NCBI GenBank assembly: GCA_964016885.1 | Contig: OZ024740.1 | Location: forward strand, 355,756,001 to 355,820,000 | Length of the DNA stretch: 64,000 bases | Origin: Eledone cirrhosa | Lineage: Eukaryota | Direction: 5' to 3' | Part shown: piece by piece, positions 12,755 through 26,213 of the stretch | How positions within the stretch are numbered: the first letter of the stretch is position 1 | How the letters are laid out: every line of letters starts with the position of its first letter | Program-made: the position numbers and the translations under genes | Notes under the pieces: generated by a model | What the model saw: only the letters and a program-made list of their open reading frames with translations | What the model was told of the DNA's origin: nothing | Database searches by the model: none

Positions 12755-13216
12755 TATATATATATATATATATAAAAATATATATATATATATAAAAATA
12801 TATATATATATATATAAAAATATATATATATATATATAAAAATATATATATATATATATAAAAATATATATATATATATATATATAAAAATATATATATA
12901 TATATATAAAAATATATATATATATATATATATAAAAATATATATATATATATATATATAAAAATATATATATATATATAAAAATATATATATATATATA
13001 AAAATATATATATATATATAAAAATATATATATATATATAAAAATATATATATATATATAAAAATATATATATATATATAAAAATATATATATATATATA
13101 TAAAAATATATATATAAAAATATATATATATATATAAAAATATATATATATATATAAAAATATATATATATATATAAAAATATATATATATATATAAAAA
13201 TATATATATATATATA

Positions 13217-13256
<40 letters not shown>

Positions 13257-13343
13257 AAAATATATATATATATGTAAAAATATATATATATATACATGTA
13301 AAAATATATATATATATATGTAAAAATATATATATATATGTAA

Positions 13344-13374
<31 letters not shown>

Positions 13375-13556
13375 AAAATATATATAATTTTACATATATA
13401 TATGTAAAAATATATATATATGTAAATATATATATATATATATGTAAAAATATATATATATATATATGTAAAAATATATATATATAAATATGTAAAAATA
13501 TATATATATAAATATGTAAAAATATATATATATATATATGTAAAAATATATATATA
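12573..13556. repeat. Compound (TA)n satellite with AAAAA and GTAAAAA interruptions
   Basis: Directly visible. The same units recur at ~15015-15050, ~15210-15385 and ~15560-15710. Confidence 0.9.
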
Positions 13557-15012
13557 TGAATGGCTTGTGAAAGCGGTACAAGCCATGTATAGGGGAGCAG
13601 TCAGCAAAGTTAGGATTAGCAATGAGTATAGCGAGGAATTTAGCGTACAGGTTGGGGTCCACCAGGGCTCTGTTCTTAGCCCTCTCCTGTTCATCATAGT
13701 CCTGCAGGTAATAACGGAGGAGTTTAAGACCGGATGCCCATGGGAACTCCTGTATGCTGATGACCTCGCACTCATAGCTGAATCTATGGTAGAACTAGAG
13801 AAGAAATTCCAAACCTGGAAGCAGGGACTAGAGAGAAAGGGCCTCAAAGTCAACATGACAAAGACTAAGGTCCTTGTAAGTAGACGAGAAAACAGAACCC
13901 AGATCCCCTCAGGGAAATGGCCTTGCTCAGTATGTAGGAAAGGTGTAGGTAGGAACTCCATTCTCTGCCCCAAATGCAAACAATGGGTACACAAGAGATG
14001 TAGCGGGATCTCAGGAAGCTTAATTAAGAATGTAGGATTCACATGCAGCAGCTGTGCTGAAACAGCAAGCAAACAGCCACAGGAAACAAGTACCACCAAT
14101 CTCTGGGAGGGCCCTGTAGAAACAGTAGACAGCTTCTGCTACCTAGGTGACCGAATTAGCAACGGAGGTGGGTGCTCAGAAAGTACAATAACTAGGGTAA
14201 GAACTGGATGGAAGAAGTTTAGGGAACTACTACCACTGCTAGCTGCAAAAGGCTTCTCCCTCAGAATGAAAGGCAGACTGTATGATGCATGTATCCGAAC
14301 AGCGATGTTGCATGGTAGCGAGACCTGGGCGCTGAAGGTGGAAGACTTACGTAGATTAGAGAGAAACGAAGCCTGCATGCTCCGATGGATGTGTAACAGT
14401 AATATACGTGAACGACAAAGCATAAAGGAATTGAGAGAGAGACTGAGCATAAGAGGAATCAAATGCTGTGTGCAGGAGAGGCGGTTGCGCTGGTATGGAC
14501 ATGTGATGTGTATGAAGGATGACAGCTGCATAAAAAGGTGCAGAGCACTAGAAGTTGATGGAAACCGCGGAGTGGGGAGACCCAAGATGACTTGGGATGA
14601 GGTGATAAAAGCCGACCTTACCCAACTACACCTCTCAAAGACAATGACACACGACCGTGACTTCTGGCGTCACGCAGTAATACAGGGTACCCGACCTCCC
14701 ATGGGTACATGCTGAAGCATATAAACAATATGCCCCCACTCCCCCCACCGCAAGGTGGTCGTGGAGGTGCCACGGCAAAAAAGCACCCAGCCCACACTGT
14801 AAAGTGGACGTGTAGGCGCCACGAAAAAGCACCCAGCACTCACTGTAAATGAGGTTGGTGTTAGGAAGGGCATCCAGCTGTAGAAATCAAGCCAGATCAG
14901 TTCCTGTATGAGCAAGGCATGGTCAGCCGACCAGACACTGCCCACAACAGGACAACCCATCTAACCCATGCTAGCGTGGAAGAACGGACGTAAAACGGTG
15001 ATGATGATGATG
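13557..15012 (+). mobile_element. 5'-truncated RTE LINE with an open RT C-terminal ORF (13567-14715) and an embedded PHD-like finger
   Basis: [32 protein letters not shown]4HC3 finger, FCYLG, RLRWYGHV, GRPKMTW, DRDFWR, then 3' UTR and (GAT)n tail. Confidence 0.95.
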
Positions 15013-15049
15013 ATATATATGTAAAAATATATATATAAATAAATATATA

Positions 15050-15210
15050 ACATGGGCGGAGGTGGTGAGAACAGACCTCAGATCATTGAAGCTCACGGTG
15101 GAGATGACGAGGGACCGTGACGAGTGGAGAGATGCTGTGCTGAATAAGACCCGTCCCACCCTTGCAAGCAGGGAAAAGCGGACGTAAAATGATGATGATG
15201 ATGATGATGA
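15050..15210 (+). mobile_element. Short RTE 3' end, third subfamily
   Basis: [30 protein letters not shown] followed by (GAT)n. Confidence 0.8.
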
Positions 15211-15220
15211 TATATATGTA

Positions 15221-15254
<34 letters not shown>

Positions 15255-15386
15255 AAAATATATATATATATATATATATATGTAAAAATATATATACATG
15301 TAAAAATATATATATATATATGTAAAAATATATATATATTTTTTTTTACATATATATATACATATATATATATATATATTTACATA

Positions 15387-15562
15387 TATCTATCTATCTA
15401 TCTATGGCGGGTAAAATTCCCGAGATCCATGGACGAGTTCTCTCCAGCAGTCTCTGTCCCTCATTATCGCTGCCATGTCCTGCGTCTCCAACAGACCAGT
15501 GTCTGTCCTTAGGGCATCAACATACGTTAACGTTGGTCTTCCACTTCTAGTGTGTCCATGTA
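15387..15562 (-). mobile_element. RTE-like LINE 3' end with a (TAGA)n tail
   Basis: Minus strand reads [23 protein letters not shown]...[11 protein letters not shown]. Confidence 0.7.
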
Positions 15563-16895
15563 TTTACATATATGGATATATATATTTACATATATATATT
15601 TACATATATATATATATATATATATATTTACATATATATATATTTACATATATATATATATGTAAATATATATATATATTTACATATATATATATATTTA
15701 CATATAATAACTTACACATAGATATATTGCCACAAAAATGAACTCTGCACTCCAGAACTAGGAGGCACCACTTCACTCCCACTTGGCTGGATCTGATGTA
15801 ACATGCCATTTTATTTAATAATCTCTCAATGAAACATGAAAGGCGCACACATACACTTGGATATATGTGCATGAATACTGCAGCTATTACATACATTGCT
15901 TCATAATTCATTAGTAGCATTCATCTTCAACTCAAACCATCACTCCGTACCAGTATCACAAACCTTTGTAAAGATTTTGTGTCTGTTTGTGTCTGTCTCA
16001 TTCCATCAGCCTCTTATTTCAAAGTCCACATTAAATATTGCACAAAATCTGCCATTCACAAAACTTCATCCAACCTGTGCAACTGATCTAAGAAGAATCT
16101 CTCCACAGAGGATACACTTTACCCTTTTGATACCAAACTGCCTGAAACCACCCCTGGTTAAACAATACAGGGATGTTATTTTAAAGGGTTTATAGTCATC
16201 TAAAAATCTACCATCATAATTATATAAAAGCCTACATTAAGTTGTGTCTCAACACCAACTTAGTAATGAGAAAAAAAAGTACTTGATTATTTTCAAAATG
16301 ATTTGAAAATTATAAGTAGTATCTTTCATTAGAAATATGGTAATGAAATGTTTAATGCTCTTCCTTCAGGATGTCAACATAATCACTTCCGCTGCCACCA
16401 CCAACATCATCATTATGTTTTTTTATTTTCCAATATTTGTGTGGATGGGTTTAATCCTTGCCAAACCATCTAAAACTGTCCCTATTTCTACAATACAAAA
16501 CCGTTTCATTTAAAGTGTTCATATTTATCTAAAACCCATCCATCATGATATTATGTAAGAACCCTTATTAAATTATGTTCCAAACACCAAATAAATATTG
16601 AGAAACTTAGTTACATTACTAAACCCCTTCAAATTCTTTATTATTTTCAAACTTTTGAATATCAAAAGCTGTGTTTATCATTAGAAATAAGATAAATGGA
16701 TTAAGAAGGCTTGCCAATACAGTTTCTCAATCTAATTATCTGGAATGTGAAGCCCAATATTTTTAAGTTACATTGTAGTATTTCCCAAATTTTTCTTCAA
16801 TGCCTTGCAGGTAAGCTGCTGCATAAACTTACAAGGTATTTTTAAAAAGTCTCTAAATGGTTGCACAACTTGCAAGAAAAATCAGCCAAATTTCC

Positions 16896-17094
16896 TTAAC
16901 CCTTTTGTTACCAGATTTTCTATGAAATGCACTTCATATTTAAAATCATTTTGGAAAGATTTAATAGACTAACGGCATTTGGAAAATAATTTAACAAAAG
17001 TTCTTTCATAAAACTATGATGAAAGATTTTTAGATAAATATAAACACTTTAAAACAAATTGTTTTGCATTGTAGTTTGGTATCAAAAGATTTAA
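16896..17094. mobile_element. piggyBac-type MITE, family 2 (decayed)
   Basis: TTAACCCTTTTGTTACCA ... TGGTATCAAAAGATTTAA. Related copies at ~16120-16355, ~40490-40730 and ~48380-48602. Confidence 0.55.
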
Positions 17095-17397
17095 ATAAAC
17101 ATCACCATCCTAAAAAGGAAGGACATATTAAATCATGTAGTCCTGGATACTTTGAAAAAGTTGGATCGTTATGGCTTGAATACTTTTGATCATAGGTTTA
17201 CTCCATCGAGATTGACTATGGACTAAACATTTTCTCTTACTGTGCATTATCCTTTTGTACCACAAGATATATATGATCAGAGAAGCCTACAACACAGTAT
17301 TAATAACAATGGTTTTTTTTTTCAAAATGTACCTGTCTTCTAGTCATTAGCACCATATATATAACACACATACACAAACACACATATATATATATAT

Positions 17398-17768
17398 TTA
17401 AAGGTTAAACAAGGTTCAATGAATAAATCAATGAATAAAGTTTTACAATCGATTAGAAGCACTCTACAGGAATGGTTTTCCGGAGTTATTAATATTAATT
17501 CAAAATATTAATAAATATAGACATTCGTGTGATCAAGTATATTTTATTATACATATTTCAGAGGTACTGAGCTACATCCAACAGTACGTCCTCATCATGC
17601 CATGACTGAATTTTAACTATCTACATGGTCAAGGTATGTCAAGCATCATCTTATTTTATCTGATGAGGACGTACTGTTGAAGATAGCTCAGTACCTCTGA
17701 AATATGTATAATAAAATATGCTTGATCACACGAATGTCTATATTTGTTAATATTTTGAATTAATATAT
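17398..17768. mobile_element. Fold-back PLE-derived pseudo-LTR pair carrying hammerheads
   Basis: ~17492-17598 is the reverse complement of 17661-17766, with a ~60-bp spacer. An extra tail at 17398-17490 extends the left arm. TA flanks. Confidence 0.8.
17652..17718 (+). ncRNA. Type I hammerhead ribozyme motif with an intact core
   Basis: TATTTTAT-CTGATGA-GGACGTACTG ttgaagatagct CAGTACCTCT-GAAA-TATGTA-TA-ATAAAATA. Stem I is a perfect 8 bp. Confidence 0.82.
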
Positions 17769-18167
17769 ATTTGAATATTTCACTTTTTATTTCAATTTTA
17801 TTTCAATTTTTTTATATTTCAATTCATGTACCATCGTTGCGAAACATATTTAGGCTTCGAAGTTCAAATTCATCTACGGAGCAGCTTTGGATTTTGAAAT
17901 TTAAATTTGTCCAAGAATCACGGCTTTTGCCAATATAAGCTTGTCTTTATTGACTTATATCGAGACAGACAAATTGTAGTCACTTTAATTAGTTTATTTC
18001 GTTCTAGCTAACTTTGTCTCTTACAATACAAACACGTATGTGTTTATCATATATATTAATATATAACTTGTATTTCACTGCTCGGAAATGCTTCTTTCTT
18101 TGAGCTGATTAATTGTAAATGACTGAGTTTAAACTCTAAATATAATATAGTATATATATATATATAA

Positions 18168-18544
18168 GCACAAAGCGAAACCTACAGTCAGTAGGCACCT
18201 CTAACAAAATACACCCCCGTCTCACTACCCCCACCCCATCCACATCACCCCCTTAAATGTGAAGTTATGTTGGTACCACAACATCCAGTCCGAAACAAAT
18301 GAGGTCGTGTAGGTGTCACGATAAAAAAAACACAGTCCACGCTGTAATGTGGCCGTGTAGGTAACACAGTAAAAACCTCCCAGTCCACACTGTAAAAGTG
18401 GTTGGTGTTAGGAAGGGCACCCAGTCATAGAAAACCTGCCAGACAGTCCTATACGAGCAGGACAACCAAGCTTGCCTCAAGTGGGAAAACTCTCGCCCAA
18501 ACCCATGCAAGCGTGGAAGATGGACGTTAAACGATGATGATGAT
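18168..18544 (+). mobile_element. RTE 3' UTR fragment between (TA)n tracts
   Basis: Homologous to 9825-10195 and ends in (GAT)n. Confidence 0.85.
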
Positions 18545-18949
18545 ATATATATATATATATATAAATAAAAATCAAGGTCATATAGTTATCATACTAATAA
18601 ATACTTTAGATGAAATACTATTGATGAGAATCATACATATAACATGCAAGTTCCTTCTATCTTGTGCCTTCTGTGGATATGAAATACCAGATAACTGTAA
18701 TATTAGAATATATTGATATTCAGATCATATACTTTATACAAACTGGTTGGGAAAATTTATTGATACCTCAAATGTATGGCTTTACCTTCAGGAAATACAG
18801 GTAAGAAAAACGACATTAAGAAGACCTGGGAGGAAATAGCACATGTTATTGCTAGAAATTTTGAATGGTGGAAACTGAGGATTGAATTTTAGATTATGTG
18901 ACAGTAATGAAGATGGCTTCTTTTGAATAGGCACAAATGAAAAATAATG

Positions 18950-19320
18950 ATAATTGTTTCTACTTTTGGCACAAAGCCAACAATTTGATGGGAATGGGAA
19001 GTCAATTATATCAACCTCGGTGCATTACTTTATATTATCAATCCAGTAAGGGTGAAAGGCAAAGCTAACCTAAGAGGGATTTGAACTCAACGTAAAGGGC
19101 TGTAACTATATGTAGCAAAACATGTCCGACGTTCTACTGATACTTCAAATCCAATATAATGCCGATAATAATAATGGCTTGTAATTTAGGCATATGGCCA
19201 CCAATTTGTGGCCTAGGGAAGTTGATCATATCAACCCCAGTACTTTACTAGTACTTTATTCTATTGACTCCGAAAGCATGAAAGGCAAAGTTGATCTTTT
19301 TAGAATTTGAACGAACACTG
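18950..19320 (-). mobile_element. Two decayed tRNA-derived SINEs
   Basis: Reverse-complement matches to the GAGTTCAAATCC B-box and GCCTTTCA..GATAAAATAAAGTACCAG core. Confidence 0.65.
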
Positions 19321-19854
19321 TCACAAATTTGTAAGGAAGAAGTATAGTGAACTTTATCATACCACTGTCTGACTGGGATTTATTTTATCAACTTTCAGAG
19401 GAACAGAACAGAGCATAGAGCCTTAAGTCTTTTGGCACCAACCAACCCATCTTAGGTATAAAATTGGTTAGAAACTCTGTGAAAGCCTATTAGGTAGATT
19501 GTACCTGTACTTCAAAAGTCTAGTCTTGCTAAATATTGTGTAATGCTAATTGTGTCCAAGAATTATGTTATGGGTAGATGTCTGTGGAATAAGTAATCAT
19601 CTACATGTTAATTCCTGAGTCAAATGCTAAGTTGACTGAATGGCTGAATATTCTTTGTTAAAATTATAGAAGACCCATCATCCTTCACAAATTTTTTGAG
19701 AGTTGGGGAGACATGTAGTCAGTCAAATATCAAGTAATAACTATTGTCATAATCAATTTTGTAGGAAAGGGTTTAATTGATTGATTCAGTTGATACTTAT
19801 ATTATCAGTACTGGGAGCTTTAAAAAGTGAGATTTGAAATCAGAAAAACTTTAA

Positions 19855-20075
19855 CCCTTTAGCATTTAAACAGGCCGCATCCGGCCAGAATTCTCTCACC
19901 TTTTTCTGTTCAAACCGACTGTAATTGGCCATTCATAGTGATGTTAAGGTATTGTTCTCAACCTAAATAATATCAAAATCTCATAGATTCAATATTATGC
20001 GAGATATTTATGTGAGGTAAAGCCTTTACCATGAAAATATAAGGGTATATATAGAATAATGTAAATGCTAAAGGG
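19855..20075. mobile_element. piggyBac-type MITE, family 1
   Basis: TTAA target duplication with CCCTTTAGCATTTA/TAAATGCTAAAGGG termini. Confidence 0.85.
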
Positions 20076-20156
20076 TTAAGGAAGTGTAATTAAATACCGC
20101 AAATTGTTTAAAAGCTGGAATTATACCATTTCAACTAATTTATACTACTACAAATA

Positions 20157-20360
20157 ATAATAATGGTTTCTTGTATAGGAACAAGGCCAGCAATTTGGGG
20201 GGAGGGAAAAGTCGATTAAATCGACCCCAGTGCGTGACTGGTACTTTATTTTATCAACCACATAAGGATGAAAGGCAAAGTTAACCTTGGCAGATTTGAA
20301 CTCAGAATGTAAAGGGCTATAACTATGCTGCAAAGCATGGTGTCTGATGCTTTACCAATA
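20157..20360 (-). mobile_element. tRNA-derived SINE
   Basis: Reverse complement of the SINE consensus, with an (ATT)n tail. Confidence 0.8.
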
Positions 20361-21754
20361 CTTCCAAAATAATAATAATAATACCTTTCATCTTTCAGTC
20401 AAGTGCTGCTGGTGGGGGCGAGCGAGGGTGATATAATTTACTTACCCTTCCATTAAATTGCTGGCCTTGTGCATAAATTAGAAACCATTATCATTATTAG
20501 AGTTTGGTATATGACAGAAATATATAGTATTTAGTTTCATCTCTTTATGCTTTGAATTCAAATGCCGCCCAGGTTGAATTTTTCTTTCATACTTTTTGTG
20601 TTGATAAAAATACTTCTATTGATTTAATCTGCTCATAAATTTCATGGCCTTTACTTATACTATTTATCCTTATACTCCTCCTCATTATCATTTTTTTACA
20701 CCATCACAAGTTGTGCTACACCATGTTCTTGGATTACAGTTTTTCCAAAATTGGCTAAATTTTTCTGTGTTAATTTATTTAAAAGAAATGTGAAAGTATT
20801 ATTTGTTTCAATTTTTTGGGTTAATATGGTTTAAAAAAAAAAAAAAAAAAAAAAAAAACATTTAAAAATATTTTCTTTGTTAGTTGACATTAAACAGAAA
20901 ATGTCAGCATAAGTCTTCACAACTGTTCAAAAACTGAAAAAAAAAAACCAAAAAAAAAAACCAGATGAAAATGGACAAAGATATTGTAAAACACACTACC
21001 ATGTTGAAACAAAAAAAAAATAATGGTTTTGTTTGTTTTTTATATAAAGAGAGCAATTTTGATGATCCACCTAATTACAACAGCAACATAACTTTGCAAA
21101 TGTCATGTCCAATAAGGAAATCCTAGACAAAGAAGGTATAGTCAGAAAGACAAATATGGCATGGCTGTGTCACAAGTGCCTCTCTCTCCTTGACAGAAGA
21201 ATTTGTCCAGGTGTAAGAAGAAAGCTGTCATAATTATGCCTCACAAAGAGAAGAGCATTTTGGATTCTCTCAAAAGATGAATTAGAAGCAGGACATACAG
21301 TAATGTTTATCTGATTTTCAAGACCGAGGGTGAGACAAATATACACCTGCCCATGGGCTTGTACTGGCCCATATACTCTGCTACAACACAAGAGTGCCAG
21401 TCAGGAACATCAGCAGAAATGTTGAACCCTGGTTCATTATTTTTGTAGTACAATATGGATGGGCATAAATATATGGATTTACAAGTCCTTATCTCTCTCT
21501 CCCTCCCTCACACACATGCACAGACACACACATGCAAACACACACATGTCACACACATAAAAAGTCATTCCAGAACTGCGCCTCATCACAGATGTGAAAA
21601 CAAGCAATGAAACTAGCAGTACAGGGTAGAACAAGCTGTGGCACTTATAGCAGCTTGACAACATTCTACCTTGGAAAGCTGGAAAAAAAGAGAAAGCGAG
21701 AGTAGCAAACAGCAGTAGAATGAACAACAACATTAACAGGTCACAGGTAAAGGG

Positions 21755-22635
21755 TAAAATAAAGTACCAGTAATGCACTGGTTCCATTTGATCGACTTAC
21801 CCCTCCCCCAGCATTGATGGCCTTGTGCCTATATTAGAAATCATTATTATTAAGGGGTGGCGGATTGGCAGTATCGGTAGAGGGTCGGACGCCACACTTT
21901 TCAGCATAGAGTTACGGCCCTTTATGGTGCGAGTTCAAATCCTGCCACGGTTATTTTTACCTTTCATCCTTACAGGGTCGATAAAATAAAGTACCAGTAA
22001 TGCACTGAGATAATTGCTGGCCTTGTGCCAAAAGTAGAAACAATTATTATTAAGAACAGTGGATTAGTAGTATCAGTAGCGTATCAGACAACATACTTTG
22101 TGACAGTGTTACGGCCCTTTACGTTCTAAGGTCAAATCCTGCTGGGGTTAGCTTTGCCTTTCATCATTACAGGGGCGATAAAATAAAGTACAAGTAATGC
22201 ACTGGGGTCGATTTAATCGGATTCCCCTTACCTCAAAATTGTTGGCCATGTGCCTAAATCAGAAGCTATTATTGTTATTGCTTTGCTTTTCATCGCTACG
22301 GGGGGGGGGGGGGGGGGGGGCAATAATATAAGAACCAGTAACCTACTGGAGTCGATTTAGTAACATTCCCCTCCCCCAAAATTGCTAGCCTTGTGCCTAT
22401 AGTAGGAATCATTATTACTATTATTATAACACAGGTACTTGGGGGTGGATTGGCAGTATCGGTAGAGGGTCGGACGTCGTGCTTTGATTCATAGAGTTAC
22501 GGCCCTTGCCATTCTGAGTTCAAATCCCGCCGAGGTTAACTTTGCCTTTCATCCTGACGGGGGTCGATAAAATAAAGTACCAGTAATGTACTGGGTAATT
22601 GCTGGCCTTGTGCCAAAAAGTAGAAACAATTATAA
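21755..22635 (+). mobile_element. Head-to-tail cluster of ~5 tRNA-derived SINEs
   Basis: Each copy has an A-box-like TGGCAGTATCGGTAG, a B-box GAGTTCAAATCC, the core GCCTTTCATCCTTACGGGGTCGATAAAATAAAGTACCAG (resembles the Meta/MESC SINE domain, inferred) and an (ATT)n tail. Confidence 0.88.
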
Positions 22636-22814
22636 TACCGACACTTGGATAAAAGATGCGATCATATAAGAAGCAGAATATGTAAAATAATCATATTGCA
22701 GCTAAAGTAGGAAGAAATATAAACCATTTGTGGTATCATGAAAGTTAATTGCAACATGAAACTTTGAAGTAGTGATGTCTAGCAATCACTTTCATCTTGT
22801 AAGAAAACTATAGT

Positions 22815-23360
22815 GTGTAATGTGTGTGCGTGGTGTACTTGTGCATGTGTGCATGTGTGGTGTACTTGTGCGTGTGGTGTACTTGTGCATGTGTGCATGT
22901 GTGGTGTACTTGTGCATGTGTGCATGTGTGTGTGGTGTACTTGTGCATGTGTGTGTGGTGTACTTGTGCATGTGCATGTGCGCGCGTGTGTGCGTGTGCG
23001 TGTGCGTATGTATGTGTGAGTACATATGTATGAGCATGTGTGTGTATGTTTGCATACATGTCCATGAGTGTATGTGCATGCATGTGAGTGAGGGAGAGAG
23101 AGGAGTGAGTGAGGGAGAGAGAGAAGGAGTGAGTGAGGGAGAGAGAGAAGGAGTGAGTGAGGGAGAGAGAGAAGGAGTGAGTGAGGGAGAGAGAGAAGGA
23201 GTGAGTGAGGGAGAGAGAGAAGGAGTGAGTGAGGGAGAGAGAGAGAAGGAGTGAGTGAGGGAGAGAGAGAGAAGGAGTGAGTGAGGGAGAGAGAGAGAAG
23301 GAGTGAGTGAGGGAGAGAGAGAGAAGGAGTGAGTGAGGGAGAGAGAGAGAAGGAGTATGA
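22815..23360. repeat. Two low-complexity minisatellites
   Basis: GTGTGGTGTACTTGTGCAT-type units at 22825-22975 and GAGTGAGTGAGG(GA)nAG units at 23085-23355. Confidence 0.9.
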
Positions 23361-23784
23361 GTGAGTGCATACATATAGTGGTGGTGGAGACATTAGATCA
23401 AAGTAATTTATGTACTTGAAGGGAATAATACATCTGCAAAAGAAAAATAAGGAAATGAAACTATAGTCTGAGTAATAGGTGATGTGTGTGTCCAATGGTA
23501 GACAAAAAAACTTGGACATATACACATATATAGTTATGTACACATCTATACATACACAGCTACACATATATACCTACACATTCAGTTATACATATGTTCA
23601 TAACTGCACATATGTCCATACGCATACTGTTTCATATAAGTACACATATATACATACAATTTTACATATATACATGGCTATACATATATAACATTCTGTT
23701 ATACATACAGCTTCATATAGGTAGATAACTACATATATATATATATATAAACTTACACATACAACTTTATATATATATATAGAC

Positions 23785-25971
23785 AGACGAATACTACTCT
23801 TCAATCTCACCAAGCACTTTACGTAAGGCCCTATCGTCTGCTAAGGTCAATTCCGACCTAACGGAGGACGAAATTAATATTATTCTCGAGGCTAGAAAAA
23901 CTATTATTAAGTTTGATAACTGCTACTGGGAACGTAAGGACAGACCCACAAACTTCGACATTACCATGGGTTCCAACGACTCCGCGGAGGTCACGGATCT
24001 CGTGGGAATTTACATAGCCCACATACTACATAGTAAATTTAGTAATCTACAGGGGGGGGGGGGGTATACAGAGATGACGGGCTCTTATTAGTTAATAACT
24101 TGAATAACCAAAATCTTGAAAGGCTACAGAAAAATAGTAGAAAATCTTTTAGTGAACTGGGTCTAAAAATAACATACGAATACAATCTTAAAGTAGTAAA
24201 CTTTCTGGACGTAACTCTTAATTTAAATACCGGACAGATACGACCCTTCCACAAGATGAATGAGAACCTTACGTATATTAACTTTGACTCAAACCACCCA
24301 CTCTCCATGATCAAATTGGTTCCCCGGAGTATTTCTCTTAGAATCTCTCGCCTAACTCTGATATTTTTAGTGAACACACTGAATACTACAACAATGCATT
24401 AAGGAATGCCGACCACCGGGATACAATAGAATACATTGATAGGAATCTCCATAACACACATAGCTCTACACGAAATCAAGGAATACGTAACCGGGGGACT
24501 AAAATACAAGTGCACACACAGAGTACCACCAGACATACTAATAATAGAAAATCACCACTAAATAAATCACGTTGTAGAAAGTATATCTGGTATAATCCTA
24601 TTTTTAATGCCTCGATTAGTACAAAACTATCTCTTTCATTCTTTAAGTTAATCAACAAACATTTCCCTAGTTCCCATAAATACAGCAACATTCTGAACTC
24701 TAAAACTATTAAACTATCATACTCCATGGCACCAAACCTTGAAGCATACATAAAAAACTTAACTTAAAGCAATTAAACAACTCTACAAAACAAAATATTT
24801 TAGTAACAGATGGGCAGAACGTAATATCTGCCTCCCAACAACTAAATGGGAGACGGGTATTATACAATCCACCTGTACTGCTATCACAACCTATCCATGG
24901 TATACCCGCTACCCACAACAAAGAATGTAACTGCCATCTACCTGAAAGATGTCCATTGAAGAATGAATACCTAAAGTCCAACATTGTTTACCAATGCACG
25001 GTTGAATCGAACGACCAGAAATGGTATTATATCGGATCTACCACCACCTCGTTTAAATCTCGCTGGTACCGTCATCGATTCTCAATCAAACATCCTAATC
25101 ACCGTTTTGTGACCACGCTCGCCAACAAGACCTGGCAACTCCGTGAACGCAACCAACAGTTCACCTTAAAATGGGATATACTTTCCAGCGCAAGTGCATA
25201 TCGGAGTGGATTGAAGTACTGGTTATGTAACCTTGAACTCTTTTACATATTAAAATCCAAAAACAAACTACTTAACGATAGAATTGAACGATCATTATAC
25301 TGCAACCACAAACTAAAAGCTAAATTCTCTCACTATAAAATAACTTAACATTCGAACCCGTAACTATAACATCGCTTTCTAGCTAACCACCTTCTCTTCC
25401 CCCACACTACAAGACAATACACTGCTTATCACTATAAATGGTAACTCAGTGCAATTCACAGATTACTACTACGAACCCAAAGTTCACTCACCACATAGAC
25501 TTCGTCTGTCCCCTCTCTACCTCTCTCTCTACATCCATTACACTCTCTCTCTCACCTTTGGCCTACCTCCCTCTCCACATCTATGAACCTGCCCTCTGGG
25601 GCAATAAATAATTCCGACCTTAACTATCAACGCATCTCTCCAAAAGTAACCAGTAAAATAAAAGCCCTACCATAACATTTTGATTAAGATATCTACAAAC
25701 CACTCTCTCCTATTTCTCCAACCCCTGTATATCTTTCTCTCCCCTACTTTTCTCCTCTATCTTCTCCAACAACCTCACTTAAGGGTATTTACATTGTACA
25801 TTTTTACCATTCTGCTCTGAGGATACAGTGGTCACAGCATTGGATATTTGAGTTCTGCAAATAGTTGTAAATTTGCACATAGCATAACTAGGCTGGAGTA
25901 CCACTGTGGAAACATTTGTAAGCACACGGAATAAATTACCTTTTTATGATGTCTACCTGTTATTATTCATT

Positions 25972-25974
<3 letters not shown>
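23785..25974 (+). mobile_element. 5'-truncated, frameshifted Penelope-like element (RT + GIY-YIG + 3' UTR with hammerhead)
   Basis: RT motifs FDITMGSNDSAEVTDLVGIY, YRDDGL, VNFLDVTLNL and SNHP. Then IWYNP, CNC..CPL, IVYQC..YYIGSTTTSFKSRWYRH and LLNDRIE..CNH, with a stop at 25348. Both ends lie in (TA)n. Motifs suggest the Nematis-like group (inferred). Confidence 0.92.
25813..25924 (+). ncRNA. Type I hammerhead ribozyme motif with a ~67-nt loop II insertion
   Basis: TGCT-CTGAGGA-TACAGTGGT-(67 nt)-ACCACTGTG-GAAA-CATTTG-TA-AGCA, then AATAAA at ~25930. Confidence 0.78.
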
Positions 25975-26002
<28 letters not shown>

Positions 26003-26006
<4 letters not shown>

Positions 26007-26213
26007 GATAAATCTACCAAGAGTTTACGGTAGTGTCCAATCCGTATGAAGAACTCAATGTATTCCGGATATCATGGAAAGAAGAGATGTAATGAAAAAC
26101 CACTTTCGGTGAAAGATAAACGGTATACAGAGTCAAGATAAAATATTAAATAAATAATGAATAAACAATTCCTTATATTAAACAAAAAAAGTTCATTATT
26201 TAACGATCGTTTC
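26003..26213 (-). mobile_element. PLE-like tail fragment starting in the 3' half of a hammerhead
   Basis: Minus strand begins GAAA-CGATCG-TT-aaataa (palindromic stem III) directly after the TA array, contains ATTGAGTTCT and ends in (TA)n. Confidence 0.5.

Noticed and set aside
10637-13560. Long YI/IY-rich ORFs, including the 512-aa ORF at 12561-14099
   Set aside because: They are translations of (TA)n satellite and antisense RTE sequence, not proteins.
21855-21950. tRNA gene candidates with A and B boxes
   Set aside because: No cloverleaf can be built, and each is followed by the SINE core and (ATT)n tail.
22779-23567. ORFs rich in SL/HT/EG repeats
   Set aside because: Products of minisatellite and microsatellite sequence.
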